A stretch of 64,000 nt of DNA from an uncultured Gemmatimonadales bacterium (GTDB lineage: Bacteria > Gemmatimonadota > Gemmatimonadetes > Gemmatimonadales > GWC2-71-9): positions 67,244 through 131,243 of the forward strand of contig CAVYSW010000010.1 in NCBI GenBank assembly GCA_963771275.1, written 5' to 3'. The notes beneath the pieces were generated by a model, which saw only the letters and a list, made by a program, of their open reading frames with translations, was not told the origin of the DNA and ran no database searches. Made by a program: the position numbers and the translations under genes. The stretch's first letter is position 1, and each line of letters opens with the position of its first letter. Below are positions 9,574 through 17,835 of this stretch, piece by piece.

Positions 9574-9848
9574 GCGTGTTCGTGGACACGTCGGCGCTCT
9601 ATGCGCTGCTGGTGAGCACCGAAGACGGACACCGGGCGACGGCCGCGGCGTTCGATCGGCTGCTGGCGGTGGATCGATGAGACGCGGCATCGCCGCGCCA
9701 TGGATCGCCTGAAGCGCACCAACCGACGGAACGTGAGCCTGGTGGACTGCGCCAGCTTCGTGGTGATGGATGCGGAAGGGATCGCGGAGGCCCTGGCGCT
9801 CGACCCGGACTTCGCGGCGCAGGGATACCGGGTCCTGCCGGCCGGATG
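9570..9848 (+). pseudogene. vapC: decayed PIN-domain (VapC-like) toxin: N-terminal 36 codons, then a stop; the C-terminal segment is in another frame and the middle of the domain is missing
   Basis: GTG 9570 gives VSVFVDTSALYALLVSTEDGHRATAAAFDRLLAVDR*. Frame +1 from about 9670 gives WIDETRHRRAMDRLKRTNRRNVSLVDCASFVVMDAEGIAEALALDPDFAAQGYRVLPAG*. Together this is about 93 codons, against about 130 for an intact VapC. Confidence 0.65.
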
Positions 9849-11531
9849 ACCTCACGCCGGGCGTTTCTCGAGCAAGGCGCACTGGCCGCCGTCGGGCTGT
9901 CGCTCCCCGCGCGCGGCGGCGCGGACGACGACGCCGTCTCCGACCCGAGCTTCCTCGATCTCAAGCGAATGCCGGACGCCGTCACCGTCCAGACTGCGAG
10001 CGCGTACGTGCCGCTCCGCGCCGCCGGCGGACGATGGGAGGGCGCGGGCGTCACGGTGTCGGTGGACCAGCTGCCCGACGCGGTGCGCGTGGTGCTGGCC
10101 GCCCCGGCGACGGCCGTCAAGCGCCTGCACCTCCGCTGGCGCGGCAGCCTCGACGGCACGCGACTCCTCCTGGGCGACGCCTGGGAGCGCGGCTACGGCG
10201 ATCTCGAATGGCGCGGCTTCGTGCCGGACCGCGTGATGCCGTGGTACGTCGCCGCGTGGGACGGGCGGCTGACCCACGGCTACGGCGTGCGCACCGGCGC
10301 GGGCGCGCTCTGCTTCTGGCAGGTGGACCCGGGCGGCATCAGCCTCTGGGCGGACGTGCGGAGCGGCGGCACGGCCGTCGAGCTCGGCGAGCGCTCCCTC
10401 ACGGTCTGTGACGTGGTGTGCCGTCCCGGGCGCCAAGACGAGACGCCGTTCGCGGCCCTCCACGCCTTCTGCCGAGCGATGTGCCCCAACCCCCGGCTGC
10501 CGCCCTATCCGGTCTATGGCACCAACGACTGGTACTGGGCCTACGGCAAGAACAGCGCGACCACCGTGCTTGCGGACGCGGGACACATCGTGGAGCTCTC
10601 CCCGCCGGACGAGAACCGGCCGTTCACGGTGATCGACGACGGCTGGCAGCCGGAGCGCGGCGAGCGGAAGCAGGGCGTGGGGCTATGGGATCGCGGGAAC
10701 GAGCGGTTTCCCGACCTCCCCGGTCTCGCCGGCGCGATCCGCGTGGCCGGAGCGCGTCCCGGCATCTGGATGCGCCCGCTGCTGGCGCCCGCCGACGCGC
10801 CGGACGGCTGGCGGCTCCCGCGCGAGCGCGCCGTGCTCGATCCCTCGGTGCCCGAGGTGCTCGAGAAGGTCGCCGCCGACATCGCCCGCCTGCGCGGCTG
10901 GGGCTTCGAGCTGATCAAGCACGACTACTCCACGTTCGACCTGTTCGGCCGCTGGGGGTTCGCGATGGGCGCCGCCCTCACCAAGGACGGCTGGACCTTT
11001 GCCGAGGGGCCCAGGCGCACGACGGCGGAGCTGGTGGGCGAGCTGTATCGGACCATCCGCGTCGCGGCCGGCGGCGCGCTGATCCTCGGCTGCAATACCG
11101 TGAGTCATCTGTCGGCGGGGCAGTTCGAGCTGTGCCGCATCGGCGACGACACGAGCGGCACCGAGTGGGCCCGGACCCGGAAGATGGGCGTCAACACGCT
11201 CGCGTTCCGCGGCGTGCAGCACGGGGCGTTCTACGCGGCGGATCCCGACTGTGTGGGGGTCACGACCGCCGTTCCGTGGTCCATGAACCGCCAGTGGCTG
11301 GACCTCGTGGCGCGCAGCGGTACCATGTTGTTCGCCTCGCTCGCGCCCGACGCCCTCGGCACCGAGCAGCGCCGCGACCTCCGCGCGGCGCTCGCGCTGG
11401 CGGCGCGTCCGCAGCCGCTCGGCGAGCCGCAGGATTGGCTGGAGACCAGCTGGCCGTCGCGCTGGCGGTTGCTGAACGAGCCGCGCACGTACGACTGGCT
11501 CGGGCCGGATGGGGTGGTGGCGGTGCCGTGA
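9846..11531 (+). CDS. Tat-exported glycoside hydrolase, alpha-galactosidase/melibiase-like (GH27/36 clan)
   Basis: 561 aa with a twin-arginine leader (MTSRRAFLEQGALAAVGLSL). The blocks YGTNDWYWAYGKN, FTVIDDGWQ, FELIKHDYSTFD and CRIGDDTSG resemble the alpha-galactosidase-type (beta/alpha)8 catalytic domain. Confidence 0.65.
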   Translation: MTSRRAFLEQGALAAVGLSLPARGGADDDAVSDPSFLDLKRMPDAVTVQTASAYVPLRAAGGRWEGAGVTVSVDQLPDAVRVVLAAPATAVKRLHLRWRGSLDGTRLLLGDAWERGYGDLEWRGFVPDRVMPWYVAAWDGRLTHGYGVRTGAGALCFWQVDPGGISLWADVRSGGTAVELGERSLTVCDVVCRPGRQDETPFAALHAFCRAMCPNPRLPPYPVYGTNDWYWAYGKNSATTVLADAGHIVELSPPDENRPFTVIDDGWQPERGERKQGVGLWDRGNERFPDLPGLAGAIRVAGARPGIWMRPLLAPADAPDGWRLPRERAVLDPSVPEVLEKVAADIARLRGWGFELIKHDYSTFDLFGRWGFAMGAALTKDGWTFAEGPRRTTAELVGELYRTIRVAAGGALILGCNTVSHLSAGQFELCRIGDDTSGTEWARTRKMGVNTLAFRGVQHGAFYAADPDCVGVTTAVPWSMNRQWLDLVARSGTMLFASLAPDALGTEQRRDLRAALALAARPQPLGEPQDWLETSWPSRWRLLNEPRTYDWLGPDGVVAVP

Positions 11532-11576
11532 GCCCGGCTGGCGCGGGCGAGCCCGGCTCGCGCGTCATGCCGCGCC

Positions 11577-12395
11577 TCAGTAGTAGTGCGCTACCTGCCA
11601 GTTCGCGCCGGCGCCGAAGCTCATCGCGAGGTTGTACTTGGCCTCGAACTCGAAGGTCGATTCCGGATACTGCTTGCCGTGCCAGGCCGGGTCGATGATG
11701 TAGTAGCAGTCGTTCGGTTGCTCGCGCACGGCCATTCCTTCCATGATGCGCAGGTGGAGTCCGGTCACGGGAGGGAGGCTGTTCCCCTCGCCCACGGCGA
11801 GCAGCCCGTGCTTGCGGAGGAAGTCGTACCAGATGTAGTCCGGGAACGTCGCGAACCCCCGCACCGTGAGCCCGCCGCGCGTCCAGAAGTCCCTGAACTG
11901 GGAGGGCTGGAGCCCGCGATCCTGCTTGAACAGGTCGACGTACTGCTTGCCCGGCTTCTCGAGGGCTTCGGCGATCTCGAACTTCTTCCCCTCGCGCCAC
12001 GATCGCATCATGGTGTAGACCGTGGCCCAGCAGGTCCTGTTGGTCGGCTGGCCAATGACCCATTTCTTGCCGGGGACCACGTAGACGAGCTGCTTCGCGG
12101 GTGGTGGCGGCGGCGGCGGCGTTGGGGAGGGCGCCGGGGTGTCGTAGTCGTTCAGGCGCGCCAGGGTCTTGCCGCCGGGATCGACCCGCCCGTCGGGCCA
12201 CTTGTGGCCAAGGTTGACCGACTGGAAGCGCTTGATGGCGGCGATCGTCTTGCCCCAGGCGAGGCCGTCCACCTTGAGTGGGATCTGCGGCCCACCCGCA
12301 TCCACCGGCACCTGGTTGAGCAGCTCTTGGACGGTGGTCGCGTCAGGCTTGGTGTTCGTCCCGCCCTGGCCGACCGACTTCGAGATGGTCCGCAC
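11577..12395 (-). CDS. putative-PG-binding-like domain + Pro-rich linker + papain-like cysteine peptidase domain protein
   Basis: The preferred start is GTG 12395, preceded by GGAGG; the maximal ORF extends to ATG 12533. The N-terminal part (VQELLNQ…VDGLAWGKTIAAIKRFQ) is followed by PPPPPPP. The motif GQPTNRTCWATVYTMM has a Q..C-W catalytic-Cys context. It is a paralogue of 47701..48435. Confidence 0.6.
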   Translation of the reverse strand: MRTISKSVGQGGTNTKPDATTVQELLNQVPVDAGGPQIPLKVDGLAWGKTIAAIKRFQSVNLGHKWPDGRVDPGGKTLARLNDYDTPAPSPTPPPPPPPAKQLVYVVPGKKWVIGQPTNRTCWATVYTMMRSWREGKKFEIAEALEKPGKQYVDLFKQDRGLQPSQFRDFWTRGGLTVRGFATFPDYIWYDFLRKHGLLAVGEGNSLPPVTGLHLRIMEGMAVREQPNDCYYIIDPAWHGKQYPESTFEFEAKYNLAMSFGAGANWQVAHYY

Positions 12396-12559
12396 GAGCC
12401 TTGCCTCCGTCGCCGGCCCACGGTTCGATGGGCCAGCCCGCAGCCGCGCGCGACGTTGCCGAAAAGTGGACCGAGCTGACCGCTGGGAATGGGTACGTTG
12501 CGTCAGAGAGGGCGGTGGGGCAAGGCCGGCCATCGGGGCCCGGCGCGCGGTGCGGCGGA

Positions 12560-12643
12560 CGGAGGGCGAGGGACTCGAACCCCCAAGGGCTTGCGCCCAG
12601 CGGTTTTCAAGACCGCCGCCTTACCAGTTAGGTCTAGCCCTCC
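12560..12643 (-). tRNA. tRNA-Ser (anticodon UGA)
   Basis: The reverse complement is GGAGGGC-TA-…-GCGGT CTTGAAA ACCGC-TGGGCGCAAGCCCTT-GGGGG TTCGAGT CCCTC-GCCCTCC-G. This folds as a class II cloverleaf with a long variable arm and G73 discriminator. Confidence 0.85.
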
Positions 12644-12703
12644 CGCCCGCAAACCTAATGCGCGCCTCGCGGAGTCGGGAGGTTAGGGGGGCGTTCGCCT
12701 CTC

Positions 12704-14863
12704 CTACAGCTTCTGGAGCAGGGTCTGGAACCGCGGGTCCTCGCGGATGGCGTCCAGGTCGCTGTCGTGAACCAGCCACTCCCGGTGGCCGAATCCGTTG
12801 GCGATCGCCTTGTCGAGGCAGCCGATCGCCTCGTCCCGCATCCCGCCGAGCGAGTACACGCACGCGACGTTGTACAACACGCCCGGATCCGTGGGATCGA
12901 TGGCGTACGCCCGCCCCACCCAGTCGAGCGCGCGCGCGCGCTCGCCCAGCTGCATCAGGGCGCCGCCCGCGAGGTACAGCGCCCGGGCGTCGTCGGGGTT
13001 CAGCTCGAGGTGCCGCTCGGCCACCTGAAGCCCGCGCCGCAGCACGGCCTTCGCCTCGTCGCGACGCCCGAGGCTGTTGAGCGGCGTCTGCATCAGGAGC
13101 AGGGCCTGGTAATCCTCCGGGCGGACCCGCGAGGCCTCCTCGTACTGCCGCACCGCGTCCTCCGCCCGCCCCTCCTGAAACAGCGCCCGGGCGTACAGGT
13201 AGTGCGCCTCGTAGAGCTTGGGATTCAGGCGGATGGCCGTCTCGAATTCAGGCCGCGCCTCCTGGTACTGGCGGTTGAGGGCCAGGGCGAACCCGCGGGA
13301 CGCGTGGGCCTCGGCCAGGTCGGGATCCAGCTCCAGCGCCTGGCGGCTCGCCGAGTCGGCGCCGTCCAGATTGGCCTTGCTGCCGTCCCAATACATGTAG
13401 AGGAAGGCGCAGCAGTCGGCGAGACCGGCGTACGCCAGCCCGAACCGGGGATCGATCTCGATCGCCCGCTCGAACATCCGGCGCGCGGACTGCATCCCCG
13501 TGCGGCGGAACTGGTGAAAGTACTGGCGGCCGCGGAGGTAGTACTCGTAGGCCTGGACGTTCTCGGTCGGCACCCGCTCGATGGCGCGCTTCTCGTCCTC
13601 GCTCAGCATCACGCGCAGGGCCTTGACGATGTTCTCGGCAATCTCGTCCTGGATGGCGAACACGTCCTCCAGCTGCCGATCGTACCGCTCGGACCACAGC
13701 CGGTAGCCGTCGGCCACGTTGATGAGCTGCGCCGTCACGCGGAGCCGGTCGCCCGCCTTGCGCACGCTCCCTTCGAGCACGGTCGCGACCTTGAGCTTGC
13801 GGCCGATCTCGCCCATGTCCTCGCTCTTGCCCTTGAAGGCGAAGGACGACGTGCGGGCGGCCACCTGGAGCGCTTGGATCTTGCTCAACGCGTTGATGAT
13901 CTCCTCGGCGATGCCGTCGCTGAAGTACTCGTTCTCGGCATCGGCGCTCATGTTGACGAACGGCAACACGGCAATGGACCGGCTCCTCCCGGACGCCGCG
14001 GGCGCGCCGGGCGGCGTCGAGGTTCCGCCGGGCCACGTGAGTGCGTGCGCCAGCTGCGCCGCGGTCGCGAACCGCGCCTCGGCCACCTTCTCGAGACACG
14101 TGAACACCGCGCTCTCGAGCCAGCCCGGGACGTCCTCGCGGTGCTCGTGGATCGGGCGCGGCGGATCGGTGAACAGCTTCGTGATGATGGCCTGGACCGT
14201 GGGGCCGGTGAACGGCGGCGCGCCGGCGACCATCTCGTACAGCATGGCGCCGAGCGAGTAGATGTCGGTCCGGCCGTCCAGCTCGGGCTCGCCGCTCGCC
14301 TGTTCCGGACTCATGTAGGCCGGCGTGCCGACGGCGGTGCCGGTTTGGGTGAGGGTGTCGGCGGCGGCGGCGGCGCTCACCGCCTTGGCGATCCCGAAGT
14401 CGGTGACCATCGCCTCGTCTTCGTGCAGCATGACGTTCTCGGGCTTGATGTCCCGATGCACGATCTGTTGACGGTGGGCATAGTCGAGGGCGGACGCCAC
14501 GCCGCGGGCGAAACGCACGGCATCCTCGAGCGGGAGCCGATGCTCCCGGTCGAGCCGCTGGCGCAGGGACTCGCCGGGGATGAACGGCATGACGTAGTAG
14601 AGCAGGTCGCCGGCCTGACCGGAATCGTAGAGCGGCACGATATGCGGGTGCTGGAGCCGCGCCGCGATCTGGATCTCCCGCAGGAACCGCTCCGGCCCGA
14701 GCGCGACGGCGAGCTGCGGGTGCAGCACCTTGAGCGCGACCGGCCGTCCATGGCGGCGATCCTGTGCCAGGAACACGGTGGCCATGCCGCCGCGACCCAC
14801 CTCCCGCTCGATGGTGTAGCGGTCGGCGGTGGACCTGCGGAGCTGGTCGAGGACGTCCGGCAT
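12704..14863 (-). CDS. Ser/Thr protein kinase with TolB-N-like middle domain and C-terminal TPR repeats
   Basis: The kinase motifs are present (GRGGMATVFLAQD, VALKVL, HRDIKPENVML, DFGIAK, GTPAYMSPEQ). They are followed by SIAVLPFVNMSADAENEYFSDGIAEEI and multiple TPR-like repeats. ATG 14863 is preferred over the upstream GTG 14899. Confidence 0.9.
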   Translation of the reverse strand: MPDVLDQLRRSTADRYTIEREVGRGGMATVFLAQDRRHGRPVALKVLHPQLAVALGPERFLREIQIAARLQHPHIVPLYDSGQAGDLLYYVMPFIPGESLRQRLDREHRLPLEDAVRFARGVASALDYAHRQQIVHRDIKPENVMLHEDEAMVTDFGIAKAVSAAAAADTLTQTGTAVGTPAYMSPEQASGEPELDGRTDIYSLGAMLYEMVAGAPPFTGPTVQAIITKLFTDPPRPIHEHREDVPGWLESAVFTCLEKVAEARFATAAQLAHALTWPGGTSTPPGAPAASGRSRSIAVLPFVNMSADAENEYFSDGIAEEIINALSKIQALQVAARTSSFAFKGKSEDMGEIGRKLKVATVLEGSVRKAGDRLRVTAQLINVADGYRLWSERYDRQLEDVFAIQDEIAENIVKALRVMLSEDEKRAIERVPTENVQAYEYYLRGRQYFHQFRRTGMQSARRMFERAIEIDPRFGLAYAGLADCCAFLYMYWDGSKANLDGADSASRQALELDPDLAEAHASRGFALALNRQYQEARPEFETAIRLNPKLYEAHYLYARALFQEGRAEDAVRQYEEASRVRPEDYQALLLMQTPLNSLGRRDEAKAVLRRGLQVAERHLELNPDDARALYLAGGALMQLGERARALDWVGRAYAIDPTDPGVLYNVACVYSLGGMRDEAIGCLDKAIANGFGHREWLVHDSDLDAIREDPRFQTLLQKL

Positions 14864-14872
14864 GAAGGGGGG

Positions 14873-14878
14873 ATTATA
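14873..14878 (-). promoter_or_regulatory. candidate -10 box (TATAAT) 9 nt upstream of the kinase ATG (near-leaderless transcript?)
   Basis: In gene orientation the sequence reads GGGTATAATCCCCCCTTCATG. There is a perfect TATAAT hexamer and no Shine-Dalgarno between it and the ATG. Confidence 0.3.
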
Positions 14879-15189
14879 CCCGAGGGAGGACCGGAGCACG
14901 AGGGGCGAGGGGGACTGCGCGCGGGGTTTCGCTCATCCTCGCGATCCTCCGATATCAGGACGGGGCGGTGACCTGCATAGCATGGCCGGGAGAGTGTCCG
15001 GCCCCACCGAACGCCTCGCTTGACGTCTCCTCCGTGACCGCCGCCTGCTTGGCCTCAAGTTCCGCCGCCAGCGCTGGAACGATGACGTTCGCTCCGGCTG
15101 TCAGCCGTATCATCGACCTGCGGCGCGGCAGCGCTTGCCGAGTCACGCGTCCTCGCCTTCGGGTTGCCAGGGCTCGCAGCCGATGAGGT

Positions 15190-15273
15190 GCCGGTGTGGC
15201 GAAACCGGCAAACGCGGAGACCCGGTAAGCCTCTGGGCTTCGGCCCTTACCGGTTCGAATCCGGTCGCCGGCA
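15190..15273 (+). tRNA. class II tRNA-like gene: Leu-type body with non-canonical anticodon loop CCGGUAA (Thr-like GGU, C33); identity undetermined
   Basis: GCCGGTG-TG-GCGAAACCGGCAAACGC-G-GAGAC CCGGTAA GCCTC-TGGGCTTCGGCCCTT-ACCGG TTCGAAT CCGGT-CGCCGGC-A. The acceptor, D arm, variable hairpin (GGGC-UUCG-GCCC) and T arm are all good. The anticodon stem has one A-C mismatch. Confidence 0.6.
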
Positions 15274-15537
15274 ACCGCCGCACCATGGGCCGAGTTGCAT
15301 CGGGAGCCTCGCCGAGCGTACACTACCCGAACTTGCCGGGTCTCCGCGTGGCAGGCCGCCATGCTCAACGAGCCGGGGGATCATCTCCTGGCTCGTTGTT
15401 CTTCCTTCGTCGCCACTCGCGGAGCTGCACCGAGCCCGCGAGGTAGACGGCGCCTACCACGACACGCCGGAGCAGCACACCCGCGACGCCACCCGGACCG
15501 CCACGCTGGAAGCTCGCGCCCTCATCCGGCCCTACGT

Positions 15538-15566
15538 CCCCCCTCTCCGCGAACGCGGAGAGGGGG
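15538..15566. terminator. strong GC hairpin downstream of the permease/corrinoid operon (candidate terminator)
   Basis: CCCCCTCTCCGCG-AA-CGCGGAGAGGGGG forms a stem of about 12-13 bp, 40 nt 3' of the permease stop (15605, minus strand). There is no clear U-tract. Confidence 0.45.
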
Positions 15567-15604
15567 CCAGGGGGTGAGGCCAGGCCACGACCCGCCAAGG
15601 GACC

Positions 15605-16930
15605 TCACGCCGCGCGCGATCTCCCCCGCCGCACCCCCGCATACACCGGCACCCCGGCCAGCAGCAACACGCAGCCCCAGAACACCGTGTCTCCCCCTGA
15701 GCCGACGATGGCCCAGACCGAGTAGAGCAACGCCAGCAGCGCCACGGCGAGCGCGTTGGCGAGCTGCGCGCGGCTCAGCCGCTTCCGTTCCCTGAAGTGC
15801 ATCAGCGCCAGCGCCGCGGTGGAGAACGCGTACGGCACCAGCGTCGTGAGCGTCGCCAGCAGGATGATGAACGTGAACTCGGCCACCAGGCCCTTGGTGA
15901 AGTTCATGCCGACGATCAGCGTCACGAGCACGCTCGAGATGACGAGTGACGCCACGGGCGTGCCGCGTGCGGACCGGCGGCCGAGCACCGGCGGCAGCAC
16001 ACCGTCCACCGCCGCCGCCAGCGGGAGCTGTCCCTGGAGCAGAATCCAGCCGTTGAGCGCGCCGAAGCACGAGATCGCCGCGCCGGCCGCGACCGCGTGC
16101 GCCGCCCACGGCCCCCACATGCTGCTCGCCGCGTCGGCGAACGGCGCGGTGGACGTCGCGAGCGTCGCGGACGGAATCACGCCCATCACCGCGACCGTGC
16201 CCAAAATGTAGACCGCCGCCGCGAGCACGGTGCCGAGTAGGGTCGCCCGTGGGATCGTGCGCTCGGGCCGCTCGACCTCGCCCGCGGGAATGGTCGCCGA
16301 TTCCAGGCCGAGGAACGCCCACAGGGTGAGCGCCGCCGTGGCGGACACGGCGGACAGCGTGGAGCGCCCGCTCGGGTTGAACGGGGTGAAGTTGTCCCAG
16401 TGGATGAAGGCCAGGCCGATGGTGCCCACCGCGACGAGCGGCAGCAGCTTGAGCACGGTGGTGACCAGCTGCACGCCGCCCGCCTCGCGTACCCCCCGCG
16501 CGTTGACCCACGTGAGCAGCCAGATCGCCGCCAGCGCGGCGGCGGCACCCAGGGCCGGACTCGTCGCCAGCGGCCGCCAGAAGAAGCCCAGGTACCCCAC
16601 CATGCCGACGGCGATCGCCGCGTTTCCCACACAGGTCGAGATCCAGTAGCCCCACGCCACCAGGAACCCGGCGAACTCGCCGAAGCCGGCCCGCGTGTAC
16701 GCATACGGCCCGCCGGCCCTGGGGATCATGCGCGCGAGCCGCGCGAACGCTATCGCGAGGAGCACGGCGCCGGTCGACGTGAACAGCCAGCCGATGAGGC
16801 TGATGCCGCCGTACGGCCCGAGCGAGGCAGGGAGCAGGAAGACCCCCGACCCGATCATGTTGCCCACCACCAGGGCCGTGGCCATCCACAGGCCGAGCTT
16901 GCGCGATGTGGTCGCGCTCGGGGTGGTCAC
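15605..16930 (-). CDS. APC-superfamily amino acid/amine permease
   Basis: It has the polytopic APC signature LGLWMATALVVGNMIGSGVFLLPASL. GTG 16930 is chosen as the start because the longer ORF (to 17029) would overlap the upstream gene. It is the last gene of the operon. Confidence 0.85.
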   Translation of the reverse strand: MTTPSATTSRKLGLWMATALVVGNMIGSGVFLLPASLGPYGGISLIGWLFTSTGAVLLAIAFARLARMIPRAGGPYAYTRAGFGEFAGFLVAWGYWISTCVGNAAIAVGMVGYLGFFWRPLATSPALGAAAALAAIWLLTWVNARGVREAGGVQLVTTVLKLLPLVAVGTIGLAFIHWDNFTPFNPSGRSTLSAVSATAALTLWAFLGLESATIPAGEVERPERTIPRATLLGTVLAAAVYILGTVAVMGVIPSATLATSTAPFADAASSMWGPWAAHAVAAGAAISCFGALNGWILLQGQLPLAAAVDGVLPPVLGRRSARGTPVASLVISSVLVTLIVGMNFTKGLVAEFTFIILLATLTTLVPYAFSTAALALMHFRERKRLSRAQLANALAVALLALLYSVWAIVGSGGDTVFWGCVLLLAGVPVYAGVRRGRSRAA

Positions 16931-16937
16931 GGGACGA

Positions 16938-17834
16938 TCACCGGGCGTGCGCCGCGCCGTCCACCAGGGCCCGCAGCGCGGCGATGTGCGCCGGCGTCGT
17001 GCCGCAGCAGCCGCCGATGATCGCGACACCGGCGTCGATCAGTCCGCGCGCCCTGTCGGCCATGAACGCGGGGGTCTCGTCGTACACGGTGGTGTCGCCC
17101 ACCATGCGTGGCAGCCCCGCGTTGGGCTGGATGAGGAGCGGGAGCGGCGTGTGCCGGCGGAACTCCCGCGCGATCGCGACCATGTGCTCGATGCCCGTAC
17201 CGCAGTTGGAGCCGATCACGTCGGCGCCGGCGTCTGCCAGGCCCGCCGCCGCGGCCGCGACGCTCACCCCCATGATCGTAAAGTAGCCCCGTGGCGTGGG
17301 ATCGAACGTCATCGTGGCGAGCACCGGGATCGCCGCGGACACGTCCTTCGCCGCCCGGATGGCGAGCGTCGCCTCCGCGAGGTCCGTCATCGTCTCGATG
17401 CAGACGCAGTCCACGCCGGCCGCGATCAGCGCCGTCATCTGCCGGCGAAAGCCCTCATACATGGCGTCCCGGGTCGTGTCGCCGTACGGCTCGAGCAATC
17501 GGCCGGACGGTCCGCACGATCCCGCGACGTAGGCCCGATCGCCCGCCACCCGGCGCACGGCCGCGACGGCCGAGCGATTGAGCGTCTCCGTCTCGTGCTC
17601 CAGGCCGTGGAGCGCGAGCTTGAGCGGCGAGCCGCCGAACGTGTTGGTCTCGAGGAGGTCGGCCCCGGCGTCGAGGTAGAGCCGCGCGATCTCCTCCAGG
17701 ACGCCGGGCCGCGACAGCGTGATCGTCTCGGGTGGCTGGCCGGGCTCGAGGCCGCGGGCCAGGAGCATCGTGCCCATCGCCCCGTCACCCACGAAGCGCT
17801 CGCCGGCGGCCAGACGCTCCAGCAGCGGCTGCAC
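16938..17834 (-). CDS. homocysteine S-methyltransferase domain protein (MetH Hcy-binding module as a stand-alone protein)
   Basis: 298 aa. FVGDGAMGTMLLARGL, GADLLETNTFG, IGSNCGTG and IIGGCCGTTPAHI contain the Zn-binding Cys motifs of the S-methyl_trans family. Confidence 0.85.
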   Translation of the reverse strand: MQPLLERLAAGERFVGDGAMGTMLLARGLEPGQPPETITLSRPGVLEEIARLYLDAGADLLETNTFGGSPLKLALHGLEHETETLNRSAVAAVRRVAGDRAYVAGSCGPSGRLLEPYGDTTRDAMYEGFRRQMTALIAAGVDCVCIETMTDLAEATLAIRAAKDVSAAIPVLATMTFDPTPRGYFTIMGVSVAAAAAGLADAGADVIGSNCGTGIEHMVAIAREFRRHTPLPLLIQPNAGLPRMVGDTTVYDETPAFMADRARGLIDAGVAIIGGCCGTTPAHIAALRALVDGAAHAR

Positions 17835-17835
17835 G

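Noticed and set aside
12767-14971. 734-aa plus-strand ORF antisense to the Ser/Thr kinase
   Set aside because: The composition is shadow-frame (Arg/Gly/Val/His-rich, no domains), while the opposite strand encodes a complete kinase-TPR protein.
15190-15273. tRNA-Sec (selC) hypothesis, prompted by selA in the window and a possible 8-bp acceptor + 5-bp T stem
   Set aside because: There is no UCA anticodon anywhere in the element. The D arm has a 3-bp stem with a large loop (Leu-like), not the 6-bp stem with a 4-nt loop of tRNA-Sec.
14900-15290. tmRNA (ssrA) hypothesis for the long non-coding tract ending in a tRNA-like T arm
   Set aside because: The tRNA-like element has both acceptor strands within 84 nt. 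There is no GGGG…/…CCACCA-type acceptor with G3-U70, no plausible tag reading frame ending in …LAA/VAA-stop, and no pseudoknot-like organisation that I could recognise.
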